Part shown: positions 50,698 to 63,409 of the stretch, piece by piece
How positions within the stretch are numbered: position 1 is the first letter of the stretch
How the letters are laid out: the number at the start of each line of letters is the position of its first letter
Assembly: GCF_018350175.1 (NCBI RefSeq)
Contig: NC_058373.1
Span: 4,836,001 to 4,900,000 of the forward strand
From: Felis catus
Taxonomy: Eukaryota
DNA length: 64,000 nt
Direction: 5' to 3'
Notes under the pieces: model-generated
What the model was told of the DNA's origin: nothing
Databases searched by the model: none
Seen by the model: the letters and a program-made list of their open reading frames with translations, nothing else
Position numbers and translations under genes: made by a program

Positions 50698-50926
50698 CTC
50701 CAGCCTCTCCCTGCCCAGGCCTCTAAGAAGAGAAGGAGCTACCGGAAAGCCAAGGTACTGCCTTAGGACTCAAGTGACCACAGGTCCCCGTTCCCAGCCC
50801 AGTGGCCTCGGGCTAATTAACCAGCTTCTCTTAGCCCCAGTTTTAGTGATAACCGCCTCCCAGGGTTGTTGGGAAAGTTAGAAGTAATGTAACGTATTAA
50901 AAAATAATCGGCAAGATGCGTGGCGC

Positions 50927-50932
50927 AATAAA
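50927..50932 (+). terminator. WDR73: Likely WDR73 polyadenylation signal
   Basis: AATAAA 230 nt after the stop; an ATTAAA also occurs at 50896-50901. Confidence 0.6.
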
Positions 50933-51127
50933 CGCTTGGCAGCGACCGTTTCCCCTCACTCCACCCCCCGTGTAGAACAGCAGTGTTTCCTCCCTGTCTG
51001 TATTCACAGTATCAGAGTGAGAACCAAAACAACAGCAAATGTTGGAAACCAGTTTTGTGAGCTTTTTTACAGAACTCAAAATGTATATGGGCCAGTAAAC
51101 ATGAAAAAAAAAAAAAAAGTCAACCCC

Positions 51128-51341
51128 AGGGGCGCCTGGGTGGCTCAGTAGGTTGGGCGTCAGGTCAATGATCGGGTCACGATCTCACGGTTCATGGGTT
51201 TGAGCCCCATGTTGGACTCTGTACCAACAGCTCAGAGCCTGGAGCCTGCTTCGGATTCTGTGTCTCTCCTCTCTCTGCCCCCCCTCTGCTGGCACTCTTT
51301 CTCCCAAAAATAAGTAAAACATTTAAAAAATTAAAAAAAAA
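51128..51341 (+). mobile_element. CAN-SINE
   Basis: Head, body, A tail. Confidence 0.9.
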
Positions 51342-51466
51342 TGGGAGGCAAATAGTTCTCAGGGTGCTGAGAGCCAGGGTGGGGAGACAGGCCTTGTCCC
51401 CGGTACCCCCTGCGGCCCCCGAGTTTGGGCAGAGGCTGGGACCCCACCCCCACCCCCCGGTCCACC

Positions 51467-51561
51467 ATGGAACACAGCCTTCACCAGGGTGGCACCTTGC
51501 CAGACCAGCCCCCACCCTCCCAGGGGAGTAGGCCCAAGGGACGTTTCTTTTTGGCAGTCCG
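51467..51561 (+). CDS. Hypothetical unrecognised gene, candidate exon 1
   Basis: Strong Kozak ccaccATGG; MEHSLHQGGTLPDQPPPSQGSRPKGRFFLAV(R); weak donor CG|gtccgt, phase 2. Confidence 0.25.
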
Positions 51562-51699
51562 GTCCGTAGCAGATACTAAAGTGCCTCTGCATCCCCATCA
51601 CATATAATTTCTCACTGTCCCACTTGTTAAAGAATGTTCAGCCATTTTGGTTTTGAAATTAGTTGATTACTAGTCACTGTTTGGACTCTGAGTTCTTAG

Positions 51700-51999
51700 A
51701 AAATAGCTTTATTGACATGTAATTCACACACCATAGGTACAGTTCACACACCATACAATTCACCCATTGAAAGTGTACGACTCAGTGGTTTGGTATATTG
51801 TCAACTCTTAAAGATTGTGGGGAGCATCTGGGTGGCTCAGTTAAGCATATGACTTCGGCTCGGGTCATGATGTCACGGTTCGTGAGTTCAAGCCCCACGT
51901 TGGGTAAGCTTGAGCCCTGCTTCGGGTGAGCCTCCTCCTTCTCCCTCAGTCCACTTCTCCTCTCTGCCCCTTGCTCACTTCGGCGCTGTCGCGCGCGCG

Positions 52000-52043
<44 letters not shown>

Positions 52044-52200
52044 AAATAAAAAGGAGAAATGATTGTGGTAAAATACATATAACAATCTGTGGTCTTTTTT
52101 AGTTTGAAGCATACAATTGCACAGAATGAAGTACACCCACAGCATTGCACAAGCATCACCGCATCCAATTCCAGAACTTTCATCACCCCGAACAAATGGT
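51700..52200. mobile_element. L1MB-type 3' end interrupted by a CAN-SINE (51819-52053) carrying (CG)n(CT)n
   Basis: gctttattgacatgtaattcac...; SINE head at 51819. Confidence 0.75.
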
Positions 52201-52243
52201 GACCATCACGGCTCTGGTTTTCTGGCTGTGGGGAGGGCATACT

Positions 52244-52842
52244 TGTATTCCTCAGCTCGGGCCGCCGTAACAGAACCCCACAGACTGGGGGGCTCAAGCA
52301 GCAGAAACTCAGTACCCACAGTCTGGAGGCTGGACGTCCAAGATCTGGGTGGCGGCAGCTTTCATCGTGAGGCCTCTTCTCTTGGCTTGTGGGAGCCACC
52401 ATCTCTGTGCTCACGTGGCCTCTTTGTGTCCCTGCAGAGAGGGCTCTGGCCTCTTTCCTCTTGGAAGGACAAGAGTCCTTCAGTCCTTTCAGATTAGGGC
52501 CCCAACATTATGACCTCATTTAGCTTTATTTACCTCTCCTGTTTGTTTCATGTTTATTATTTATTTTTGAGACAGCATGCACACAGGAGGGGCAGAGAGG
52601 GAGAGAAAGAATCCCAAGAAGGCTCTGCACTGTCAGCCCAGAGCCCCACGTGGGGCTCGATCTCACAAACCTTGAGATCATGACCCGAGTCAAAACCAAG
52701 GGTCACGTGCTCACCTGATTGAGCCACCCAGGCGCCCCCTCCTTATTTATCTTTTAAAGGCTTCATCTCCAAATACAGTCACATTGGTGGTTAGGATTGC
52801 AACGTAGAAATTTGGGTTGAGGGCACAATTCAATTCATAGCA
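52244..52842. mobile_element. MaLR LTR (MLT1/MST-like) interrupted by a - strand CAN-SINE (52545-52739)
   Basis: tgtatt...gccgtaacagaacc...cagtctggaggctggacgtccaagatc...gattagggccc...ctccaaatacagtcacatt...caattcatagca. Confidence 0.8.
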
Positions 52843-53857
52843 CTTAGGAATTATTTTGAAGTGAGAAAAACCTAATTTTCAAATGAAATGTTTTTGTTTT
52901 TTTTTTTTTTCTTCAGTTTCACAGTGAAGTCGAGGGAACATTACATTTTGGAGTTTAAAATACACAGTTTCAAGATGTGATCATTTTTACCATTTTGTGA
53001 AGTCTTCTACTCCTTTCCCCCACGCCCCCTCTAGAGCTGATTCTGTTCTCTTCTCAGCCCTGTTCAGTTATGTCACACCAGTAGTTTGAAAATGGCCAAA
53101 ATGGAAATATTTAACCCCACAGAAATTGGCAAATACTGCAGCATACCACTGTGTAAGCTATATTATGTCACCAAGTAAAAGCAGAAATGAGTTATTTTAG
53201 AAAATAGTAGAGTTAATGCATGAATTGAGAAGCTGTTTTGCTGAAAAATCCTGATAAAATGCATATCAATCAGTCATTGTCCAGCCAGAGAGCCAAACAC
53301 ACCGAATAATTCAGTCGTGGGGATTTAGTTACGAGGCATCTGAAAGCGACTGCGAGGGAAGGTGGGCCCACGACGTGAGCCACAGCAGGAAGTTACACGG
53401 AGGGTTACAGAGGGGTGGGGGGGACGGGTGACCAGAGCTGAACCGTTGGGCCTCCCAGTGGGGAGGGGAGCGCAGTAATCCTGCTGGCGGGGGCTGGAGC
53501 CACAGGGCAGGAGCGGGGACCGCCGAGGCGACCACGGGAGAGCGCAGGAAGTACAGACAGGCCGAGTCCCCTGGCTCCTCTCCTTCCGCCGCCCAGCATC
53601 CTGCCTGTGCCCAGGACCAGAGGACCAGATGTGACCGGAGCTCATCCGTAGGGCAGTGCAGAGGGGCAGCCAGCAGGAGTCTGCACCTGCAGCATAAAGC
53701 AGAGGGGACGGAACCAGGATGGGTCTGAAGACGGAAGGCTGGCACCACATCGAAACCTCTATGAATTAAGAAAAAGGAAAGAAAATAGGACAAAGACTGT
53801 AAAAGACTACTGTGTACAATTACATATTAATTTGAAAATCTCAAGATACTGTTAATT

Positions 53858-55370
53858 TTCTTTTTTTATGTTTATGTTTTGAGAGAGCATACGTGGGGGA
53901 GGGGCATACAGAGGGGGAAAGAGGACCCAAAGTGGGCTCCATGCTAACAGCGGTGAGCCCGATGTGGGGCTTGAACTCACAAATCATGAGATCATGACCT
54001 GAGCCGAAGTCAGACTCTCGACCGACTGAGCCACCCAGGTGCCCCGATACTGTTAATTTTCTTAAAAACATAGATATTTATAAACTACTAGTTTAGTAGC
54101 AAATTTGAAATTACCCAATACTCAAGAAAGAAAAACTGGGATGCCCGGGTGGCTCAGTTGGTTAAGTGTCCAACTCTTGATCTTGGCGTAGGTCATGGTC
54201 TCACGGCTCATGAGATCAAGCCCCACATAGGACTCTACGCTGACAGCATGGAGCCTGCTTGGGATTCTCTCTGTCCCTTTCCCACTCTGTCTTTCTCTCA
54301 ATAAATAATTTTTTTTTAAGTTTAAATAAAAATTTAAAAAATAAAATGTTTTAAAAAAAAACACTTCAAGGAGTAGCACCAAAAAGAATGTTGGGGGTAG
54401 GGCAATTTTGTGGGTACATTTTTTTAAACTGTATTTTTTTTAATATTTGTTTCTGAGAAAGTGAGCATGAGTGGGAGAGGGGCAGAGAGAGAGGGAGAGA
54501 GAATCCGAAGCCAGCTCCAGGCTCCAGCCTGTCAGCACAGAGCCTGACGCGGGGCTCAAACCCGTGGACCATGAGATCATGACCTGAGCTGAAGTCCGAG
54601 GCTTAACTGACTAAGCCACCCAGGCGCCCCCATTATTTTAAACTTCTAAAGAACAGCAAGTTCCCATGCCATAGAGACAGTTTCATTAAAAAACAAAAAC
54701 AAAACTGGAGAACTAGCCGATTCCTCTTATGAAGGTGCTATAATCATATGATACCATATATAATCGTATAATACCAACACATGGCCCAGAAACCGGGTGT
54801 GCTCACAGACATGCGCACACACAGACCCCTTGCTCAAGCTCGGTCATTAACACTAGACGGTGGCCCTCAACACTGTCAGCCCCAGCATGCCTTCTGTGAG
54901 TACCCCTTTTCTGCCCTGAAATAAAATTTTACAGGGAAAATGGATTACTTACAATTTCAGAACCAGTGTGAATACAAAAGAATATGTGTTTCAATACATA
55001 AATGTTCATACGTGTGTAAAATCATCGAGAACAGGACCGCTCCAAGTACGGACCAGTACAGGTGTGTGCCGTATCTGTGACTCACACGCCAAGGAGTTGA
55101 GGACGTGACTCTTTGGAATTGGCAAAAACCTTGGAAAGTTCTGAACAAAAGAATGTGCCATTTTCCCTAATTTATTTTTTAAGTTTATTTTGAGAGAGAG
55201 GGAGTGCGCACGTACAGGGGAGGAACGGAGAGAGAGGGAGAGAGAGAGAATCCCAAGCAGGCTCCACGCTGTGAGCACGACGCAGGGCTCGATCCCGCGA
55301 GCCGCGAAATCATGATCTGAGCTGCAATCAAGAGTCAGACGCTTAACCAACCGAGCCACCCAGGTGCCCC
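53858..55370. mobile_element. Four CAN-SINEs (- 53858-54045, + 54138-54360, - 54419-54631, - 55170-55370)
   Basis: Recognisable heads and tails; the first has TSD gatactgttaattttc. Confidence 0.88.
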
Positions 55371-55498
55371 TATTTTCCCTTGTTTTCTATAGGAGTCGAG
55401 TTTCCGGGAAATTCGGATCTATTAAAACCGTGCAAAGCTGTCCTCCCGTAGATGTAAAAAGTTAGGGTCTAGGTCCACGTAAAAAAGGCTCCCCTCCA

Positions 55499-56175
55499 TC
55501 ACTGGTTCTCCAACTTTCACACATGTCAGAAGCACCTAGAGACCTGGTTCAGGTTGCTGGGCTCCACTCCTGGAGTTTGTGACCAGTAAGAGTACCAGCC
55601 AGGGTTTAGTGAGAGAGGCAGGCCAGCCGGGGCTACTTCACACGCACGCGCACACAGACCTGACCTTACGGACCTGGGGGAGCTGGGCCTGGGGCCCGCG
55701 GGCAGGCAGCTGGGAAGGGAAGGTGGGTGTAGGAGGGCAGAGCCGGGACCACCTGGAGCGGGTCAGTTCTAGCTGTCTCCAGTGTTGACGACGTGGGTCT
55801 CCTGCGGGAGGAGCTGGCACCCTTCACCACGGAGCTAAGCCCACCCGTGGCTGAGGAGTGGGAGACGCTGGAGACAGAGCGGCCGCATGCAGACCGGCGC
55901 CGGGGTGAGCTGCAAAGGCACCGGCCCCACGGCCCAGGCATCAAAGCAAAATGGCAGCCGCTTAACTTCCTCCAGGTCTCATCCCACGGTGACCCTTGTG
56001 GCTCGCTCTACCTGGAAACATACAGGGAAGGGAATTCTGGGGGGATGTGGTTCTACCTGGCCGAGTCATCACATTATAAAGCCACCTCAAGTTTGGGGGT
56101 GCGGCTGGAGAATTTGCACTTCTAGGAGGTTCCCAGGTGATGCCCTTGCTGCACGTATGTGAGCCACCCCGAGTC
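55499..56175. mobile_element. MER5A split by an ERVL/MLT2-like solo LTR (about 55591-56089)
   Basis: Left half ctggttctccaact...gagtttgtgaccagtaag; right half gtttgggggtgcggctggagaatttgcacttcta...cccaggtgatg; insert ends gggaattctgg...cacattataaagccacctca. Confidence 0.6.
55783..55904 (+). CDS. Hypothetical unrecognised gene, candidate exon 2 (inside an LTR-like insertion)
   Basis: ctgtctccag|T ... G|gtgagc; phase 2 to 1; VDDVGLLREELAPFTTELSPPVAEEWETLETERPHADRRR. Confidence 0.28.
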
Positions 56176-56311
56176 CCTGCACATCCAGCAGCACGTGCGT
56201 TGGTCAGGACTGTCTCAACAATCGCATTTCGTCTGCGTGGTCCCGGCCACCAAATGCCAGTTGAGCTTCCGATTTGTGGGACAACTACATGTCCTCACCT
56301 CCGGTTTCCAG

Positions 56312-56610
56312 AATGCTCCTGTGGGAAACTACACAGTCCCCGGGAAGGAACTCCTGGAGTTCTCTCAGCAATTCTAGGAAGATGCCCGAGAGAATCCCTA
56401 GAGGGACCTGCAGATACCCAGTCATTTCACACTGACATCAGCACAGGACCCACTCCAGCTCTGGGCAAGGAGAGCGGAGATTCAGCAGCACGGAAGGGAG
56501 AGAATGTTCGGGAACTGTTTTGGCCTCATAAAAATTCAAGAACTAAGAGAAAGACTAAGCAGCAAAACGGAGAGAAACAAAGAAATACAGCAAATGGCAC
56601 TGCAGCTAAG
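56312..56610 (+). CDS. Hypothetical unrecognised gene, candidate exon 3
   Basis: ccggtttccag|AA ... AAG|gtgagt (consensus donor); phase 1 to 0; open throughout (ECSCGKLHSP...NGTAAK). Confidence 0.3.
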
Positions 56611-56927
56611 GTGAGTAATTCAGTTCGGGACCGCTGTGGCTCCTGCGTGAGGCTGGGTCTCGGGGGAACAAGGATGCGAGTCTGTGGAAGGAGCCCTGGC
56701 CCGGAGCATGGACACCTGTGCAGAGAAGAGCAGGGGCGAGAAGGAAACCGCAGCCTGAGACAGATGGACAGGGAGGGCAAGGAAAGGGAGACAGAGACAG
56801 GGCACGGTAAGGTTTGCATGAAGGCAGGAGGCATGAACGGTCCCTCCCGTGTGTCGTTGCCGTGACCGGTTGTTATGAACGGGTCCGGTCAGCGGGGCTC
56901 GCAGGTGCCCGCAGCTGTGGGAGGTGG

Positions 56928-56967
56928 AGGTGACGCCACAGGTGACGCCACAGGTGACGCCACAGGT
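56928..56967. repeat. Perfect 12-bp tandem repeat x3.3 (AGGTGACGCCAC)
   Basis: aggtgacgccac aggtgacgccac aggtgacgccac aggt. Confidence 0.95.
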
Positions 56968-57599
56968 TCTGGTCCTCTCCACCGCGTTTACTGAGCATCG
57001 CACCACGATGGCCGCTGGGATAGGAGATACAGAGATGTGCCAACCTGGCCCCGCTGGCGGGGGACTTGAAGGACCCACGTGTAGGGGGAAGCAGTCGTGT
57101 GTTCTGAGGGCACAGAGGGCCGAGTATCCACCCCTGCTTGGTGAGAGACCAGGTGTGATCAGGAAAGAGGATATTTGAGTTGTATCCTTCCTTCAGGCCA
57201 AGGAGACGGTGGGGTGTTCCAGGCCGAGGGAACCACGTGGGAAGAGACAGAAGTGAGAAAAGCCACAGGCCCAGCCTGGGAGGCAAAGCAAGTTGGAAAT
57301 ACGACTGAGAAAATGGGCTGTGGCCAGTCAGTAACGGCCCCGCGTGCCGGGCCGGAGAGCCGAGCCCGGAGGCTTTTGAGTGAGCAGATCCGGGCGGGGA
57401 CTACGCGGCTGTCTGGACGAGGGACGTAGGCCTCCTCCAGGCCAGGAGAGCAAGGATATGTGACAGATGCCCACCTGTGCGGCAGCCCGTCTTTATATGC
57501 TCGTTCATCGTTTGCGATACGTTTCCTCTGGGAAGTATAACCAGTCAGCGGGCGGTTTAGGTTTCCTCTGCCCAGCACCACCCCGTGGACTCGGGCAGA

Positions 57600-59830
57600 G
57601 TGGGCACCAGGAGGGAAGCCAGACACGAAGGACGAATGTCTGAATCTGCTTAACATGAGGGACCTGACAGGCCAATTCACGGGGACAGAAAGTAGAACTG
57701 TGGTTGCCAGGGCCTGGGGGGAGGGGAAATGGGGAGTTGGCGGTGAATGGATATACTTTGAGTTTGGGCTGATGAAAAAGTTTTGGTCTTGGATGGTGGT
57801 GATCATTGCACAGAAATGCAGATGTCTTTGATGCCCTGAATTGTACCCTTAAACATGGGAAAATGGTAAATTTAATGTTGTGTATGTTCTACTACGGTTT
57901 TTTTTTCAACTTGAGTTTTAAAAATTAATTTATTTTTTGAGAGAGAGAGAGGGCACAAGTGAGCAAGGGGCAGAGAGATAAAGAGAGAGAATCCCAGAAC
58001 GGGCAGAGGGAAGAGAGAGAAAAGTGGGGCTCACCCAAAGCAGGGCTCGAACTCACCCAATGCAGGGCTTGAACTCATGAACTGTGAGATCGCGACCTGA
58101 GCCGAAGTCAGGTGCTTGCCACCCAGGCGCCCCCCCCCCAAAGTTTTTTGAATGTTTCTTTATTTATTTTGAGAAAGAGACACAGAGCACGAGTAGGGGA
58201 GGGGCAGAGAGGGAGGGAGACAGAGAATCCAAAGCAGCCTCCAGGCTATCAGCGCAGAGCCCGACGTGGGGCTCGAGCCCAGGAACCATGAGATCGTGAC
58301 CTGATCTGAAATAAGAGTTGGACACTTAACTGACTGAGCCAGCCAGGCACCCCTGTTTTACCACAGTTTTTAAATGTGGGTGCCAGGGCCCAGTGCTTTA
58401 GAGGGCCCAGCCCCATCCAGCCCTCCTCTAGCTGTGTCCTTCTCCGTGGCCGGGAAGTCCGCATGGCCACGGCAGTGCGCCCACAGATCCCATGTTCCTC
58501 CTCCAGGCCATCTTCCGGGAACCCGGGACCCAGAACGTCCTGTCTGAATGGCCTCTTGTCCATTCCATCCTCTCAAGGACAGGCTAGGCAGTCAGTGTGT
58601 GCACTCTGGGCCTGAGAGGTGGCCAGAGCAGCTGCTGGCGGGAGCACGGACAGAGAGGAGCACGGACAGAGCCCACATGCACAGAGCAGGGCACCTGAGC
58701 ACTTGCAGGGGAGGCCTCACAGGGCAGAGCGGGCGGGGCAGGGGCGGCTCCTCCCACACCGCCAGGTTCCATCCTGGGCCTTGCAGGAGTCCGCAGTTCT
58801 TTCCTTTTTTTTCTTTTAACATACTTATTTTTTGGGAGAGCACAAGCGGGGAGGGGCAGAGACAGGGGGCAGAGGATCTGAAGCAGGCTTTGCGCTGACA
58901 GGCTGACAGCAGCGAGCCTGATATGGGGCTTGAACTCCCCAACTGGGAGATCATGACCTGAGCCAAAGTCAGGCCCTCAACCAACCGAGCTACCCAGGTG
59001 CCCCAGGAGTCCCCGGTTCTAAATTCAAAGCCTGGCTTCATCGCCTCACAGCCTCCAGGATGGCTAGAATCAAAAAGACATAACAGGGATGCCTGGCTGG
59101 CTCCATCGGTAGAGCATGCAACTCTTGAGCTCGGGGTTGTGAGTTCGAGCCCCACGTTTGGGTCTAGAGATTACTTAAAAATAAAATCTTAAAAAAAAAG
59201 AACCAACTATACCCAGTTTGGGGGGAGGATGTGGAGCAATGAGAACCCTCATATACTGCCAGTGTCACTGTAAAACGGTGCAGCCTCTTTGGAAAGTAAG
59301 TCTCGCAATTTCTCCAAAGGTTGAACATCGAGTTACTAGGGGACCCGGCGATTCCACTCCTAATTGGAAACGCGTCCACACAAAACGTGAAAACGTGTAC
59401 ATGAATGTTCAGGCAACATGATTCCCAACAGCCAAAGGTGCAACAAGCCAATGTCCACCCGCTGACGCAGGGCTAACAACACCTGGGCTGTATCCAGACG
59501 ACGGGACGCTTCCAGGCTGGACAGGGGAGCGAAGCACTCACACCTGGTGGAGTGCTTGAGCCCGGAAAACACGAAGCCGAGGGAAAGAAGCCAGTCACAA
59601 AAGGCCACTTTTTGTAGGGTTCCATTTATGTGAAATGTTCACGCAGGCAAATCCGCAGAGACAGAAAGTGGATGAGTGGCTGCGAGCGGACGTGGGGCGG
59701 AGGGACTGGGGCGACTGCTAATGGATACGGGCTTTCCTGGGGTGATGAACATGTTCTAAAATTAGATAGTGGTGACACTTGCAGAATTTTCTGAATATCC
59801 TGAAAATAGCTGCATTTTAAACTTAAAAAA
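57600..59830. mobile_element. L1MB-type 3' ends (57600-57895, 59215-59830) plus CAN-SINEs (- 57898-58135, - 58143-58353, - 58800-59024, + 59085-59200); unique sequence lies between them
   Basis: gacagaaagtag...ggttgccagggc; aagccagtcacaaaagg; SINE heads and tails. Confidence 0.75.
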
Positions 59831-62800
59831 AAACCCGCACACACAAATGTGATGTTCCATTCATACTGAAGTATACTTGTTGAGGGGAGACGCTAAGAAT
59901 ATCAGTCAGCTTGACTTGGAACCCTCAATATTTAGACGACTGTCACGGCCTGTACTCTGGCCAGCGTCTCACAATGTCGGGGTCCGGCCCCGGGGCTGAG
60001 CTACAGTTATGTGTTTTAAATGATGGTAGGGTGTTTGGGGCATCGGACCCCAGGGTCAGGAGTGAGTTTTGCAGATGAGAACACAGGGCACAGAGAGGGG
60101 ATGTGGCCTGGACAGGAGGGCGGTCATTAGTTAAAGGGACCAGCTGTCCGGAGCGGTTTTGGGAGACGGGGTCCCGCCGCTACTTCCCGCAGGTTTTGCC
60201 CCCCACCCCCGTGGGCCTTCAGCACATCAGCATCTCACAGGCCTGACAGAGACGCTGTCCTTGCTAAGGGGCTGTGGCAGGGACTCTCAAGAGTCATTCT
60301 GGGCACACACAATCGTTCCCTTATGTGCCGACGTTACAGCCCAACCCCCACAGAAGCCGTGGCTCCCAGGAGTGCATATCTGGGGACTGATACGACAGGA
60401 TCATCGAGACCCCCACCCACCTGTGGTGGAGGCAGACAGATCAGGGCCGAAGTCCCAGCTCTGTGCGTCTCCCCACACCTCGGAGTGGCCGAAATGGTCG
60501 ACACCCTGCAATAAAGTGCTTGGCGTGGGGCCTGCCTCACCAAATACGCAGGGAACCAGGGAACAGGGGCTGGTGTTGATTCGCTCTGCCTTCCACTAGA
60601 GGACTGGCGGAGCTGTGCAGAAGGCCTGGGGAGCCGGGGTCCTGGAGAGAAGTAAAGGGAGAGGGTGTTGTTCTCTGCAAGCCGAGCAGTCAGAGCCAGT
60701 GAGTGGGTCCCGCATCCTGGGCTGAACAGAGGGGAGGCCGGGGTCACACGCACCTCAGCGGGGTTTGGTGCTTGTGGCCGTTAGAGTCTCTTGGACTCTC
60801 CGCCCTGGGGCTGAGTCTGTGGTCACTTGATGAAAACGGCTCACCCTTTGGCCATCGCACTCACAGGATTTGCTTGGAATTCGCTTATTTAATGGGTTAA
60901 TATACTTGCATCAGCTTCGGCTACTAGGATTAGTGCGCCGAAACCCAACTCCTGTGTTTCTTGCTCTCTGTGCGTGAGAATAAGAACCGGTATTTCTGCT
61001 ATGCGCCTCTTCAGTTAAAATTTTGCAATGCATAATCTGATTGTCATCTATTGCAACTTTTATAATAGAGGTGAATTTCATGCATTTCCCGCTATCGCTT
61101 CGTTATTTTTCTCTTGAGGGGATTTCCAAGTGAACAGCTTCCAAAAGCCACCCTGCTTGCCTGGTTCAGAAACTCTGAAGCCGTGATTATGAGCTGGAGC
61201 TGGAGGTGAGCTAAAAACTAAAGCCCCCAGAGCTTTGCTCATTCCGTGTCCCGAGGTAGGCGAAAAGGCAAATCAGAACACTCTGGAGCAAGGGAATGGA
61301 TAACTAGTTTCAAATCAAAATCCAGGCACTGTAAAAAGTACATATTACGTTGGGTTCACTGGGAAACCTCTCCACGTGATAGTGAACTGGTGAAACTCAG
61401 TGCTCTAGTCTTCCACTGAGAACTATGCCAACATCACTTAGGAGAGCCATCTCACGTGTCCCAGTGCTTCACGGACTGTGAAATCCGTATGAAATATCTA
61501 CAGTCTCCAGCTCAGTTTTCCCCTTGCTTTGCTAAGGGGAAAATACACGTGAGATGGCATGGTAATGGATATTACATCTGAATCTCCGTGTTCCATTCCA
61601 GAAGTTTGCAAAAGGGAATGTGGTTATTTCCAAACTCTTTTTATAACGCACAGCTATGTTCATTTTAGTATCGTGAATTTCCACCCAAGTAAAGATTTTC
61701 TCATTCAAAAGAGTAAAATGATTTAAAAGAATACATTATCAGATTTATTTCCTGGCCGTATAAAAAAAATTCTGAACTCAGATTTCTGGGATACCTCTTT
61801 GAAAACGATCTCCAAAAACAGGCTCTCCGAAGTGTCCTCAGTGGCAGCAAACTGACATCCTTCGAAGGACTTCTGGTTCCAGATAGCAGATACTGGGCAG
61901 AGACAAGTCTCACAGATAAGAGAGGTGACCGGGCCAGATAATAAACACGCTGTTCGTTCTGCCAGTGTTTATTAAGCCTTTCTTCCATGCCGGACACTAC
62001 TCTGTGCTAGAACTACATCGATAGGAGGCCTTCTAAGGTGGTCTGAAGACAATTCTCAGAGGAAAACTCAATGGTTTCAGTAATGGCAACAACAAACAGA
62101 GTTCACAGCCCGTCAGAACGGCTGCTTTTGATGGACAACACTTACTTGAATAGGTTCTTTTATGTTCGTTAGAACAGACTCCTTACTTAATCGTATTCTA
62201 TAAATCTAACGATATGAAACCGTGACGTGTGTAGACTGCTTTGTTTTATAACTGGTGGGTTTCTGGAAGGCTGGGGGAAAATATTTTCAAGCCAAATGCA
62301 CGAAGGAGAAACTAAGAGCAAGAAACCATATTCCATTTCTTTCTAAGCACCATTTGCTGCATGTGTCAGAGTCCCTCCAGGGGCTGTGCTCTGCTCACTC
62401 AGAGACACCCCAGATCTCCAGGACCTGTGCGCCTGCACGCGGCCTCCCCTGAGGCCGGGGATGGAGCGGCGGCTCCTCCAACCCGGCCTCCTTACCGCTG
62501 CCAAGGTTAGTGGTCGTTGCTCCGGACGTACTTGCAAACGGAAAAGGCTTTCCCCATTTCATCATCCTGTTCGTGATCTCCTAGACCCAGTGTTATATTT
62601 TTAGGGCACCGCATGGGCCGTAGGGCTCGCCGGCAGCACTGCTGGCAATTTGGAGCGGTTCTACCCTGCGAGACGTCTGCTTAGGTCGAGTCCTATTAAT
62701 TGCTGGTTCTATACCTCAAAGATGCCAGTCTCCTATGGCTCAACCTAACATGTCGAGAGGAAGAGTAGGTCATGGTTTAGAAAGCCAACCTGGAGCACTG

Positions 62801-63409
62801 ACCTCTCCTCCTCCAAATGACACAACAGAGTGCTCTCCTCTTGGGTAAGAAGCACGCAGAGAAATGGAGACGGTTCGCGGGCCCCACCCTCCACAGGGAG
62901 AACCGTGGAAGACCTTGAAAAATGTGCTCAGTTAATAAATCCCCGTCTAGCTGCCCAGTGCTGAGAAGAAAACGCTCAGCCACTACCGGCCCTGTGGCGG
63001 AGCCGGCCACCGTTAATGCCATGAGCACCGCGGGGCGGACCTCCTCTGTCCTTGAAGGGGGGTCTGGGGGACAAGAGTCTCACCCTCATATTACCAAGCT
63101 GTGGAAGTTAAGGCACAGAATCCTAATGGAGACCTATCGCGATGGTGGTACAGTCCAATTCAGAATGAGTCTCTGAATTCTCTGGAAATTAGCTTCCGTT
63201 TCAATAGCGCGGATAAGCAAGCCCTGAGTAGTATTCCATAAGCCAGCTGAGTTTTCAGTGAGAGAAACACAATGACCTCTACCGAACTGGGACCTAAATC
63301 CCTGGTCTCCCATCTCCTGTGGGGGTCGTGGTATAGAATCAAGGACCATACAGACCTTTCTTAGAACAGATTCTGTGGTGCTTCTAGATTTGATGCTTCT
63401 TAAAGACAT

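Noticed and set aside
53320-53760. GC-rich block with several ORFs, possible promoter or exon
   Set aside because: Resembles a degenerate ERVL-type LTR; no convincing splice pair or promoter motif set
55650-55722. Extra exon ending AAG|gtgggt just upstream of candidate exon 2
   Set aside because: The intron would be only 60 nt, and the required frame has a stop and no ATG
56137-56865. 242-aa ORF as a single-exon gene
   Set aside because: It begins in MER5A sequence; only the splice-bounded 56312-56610 part is kept as a candidate exon
60915-60943. Small hairpin ttcggc...gccgaa
   Set aside because: The stem is too short to exceed chance, and no ncRNA family is recognised
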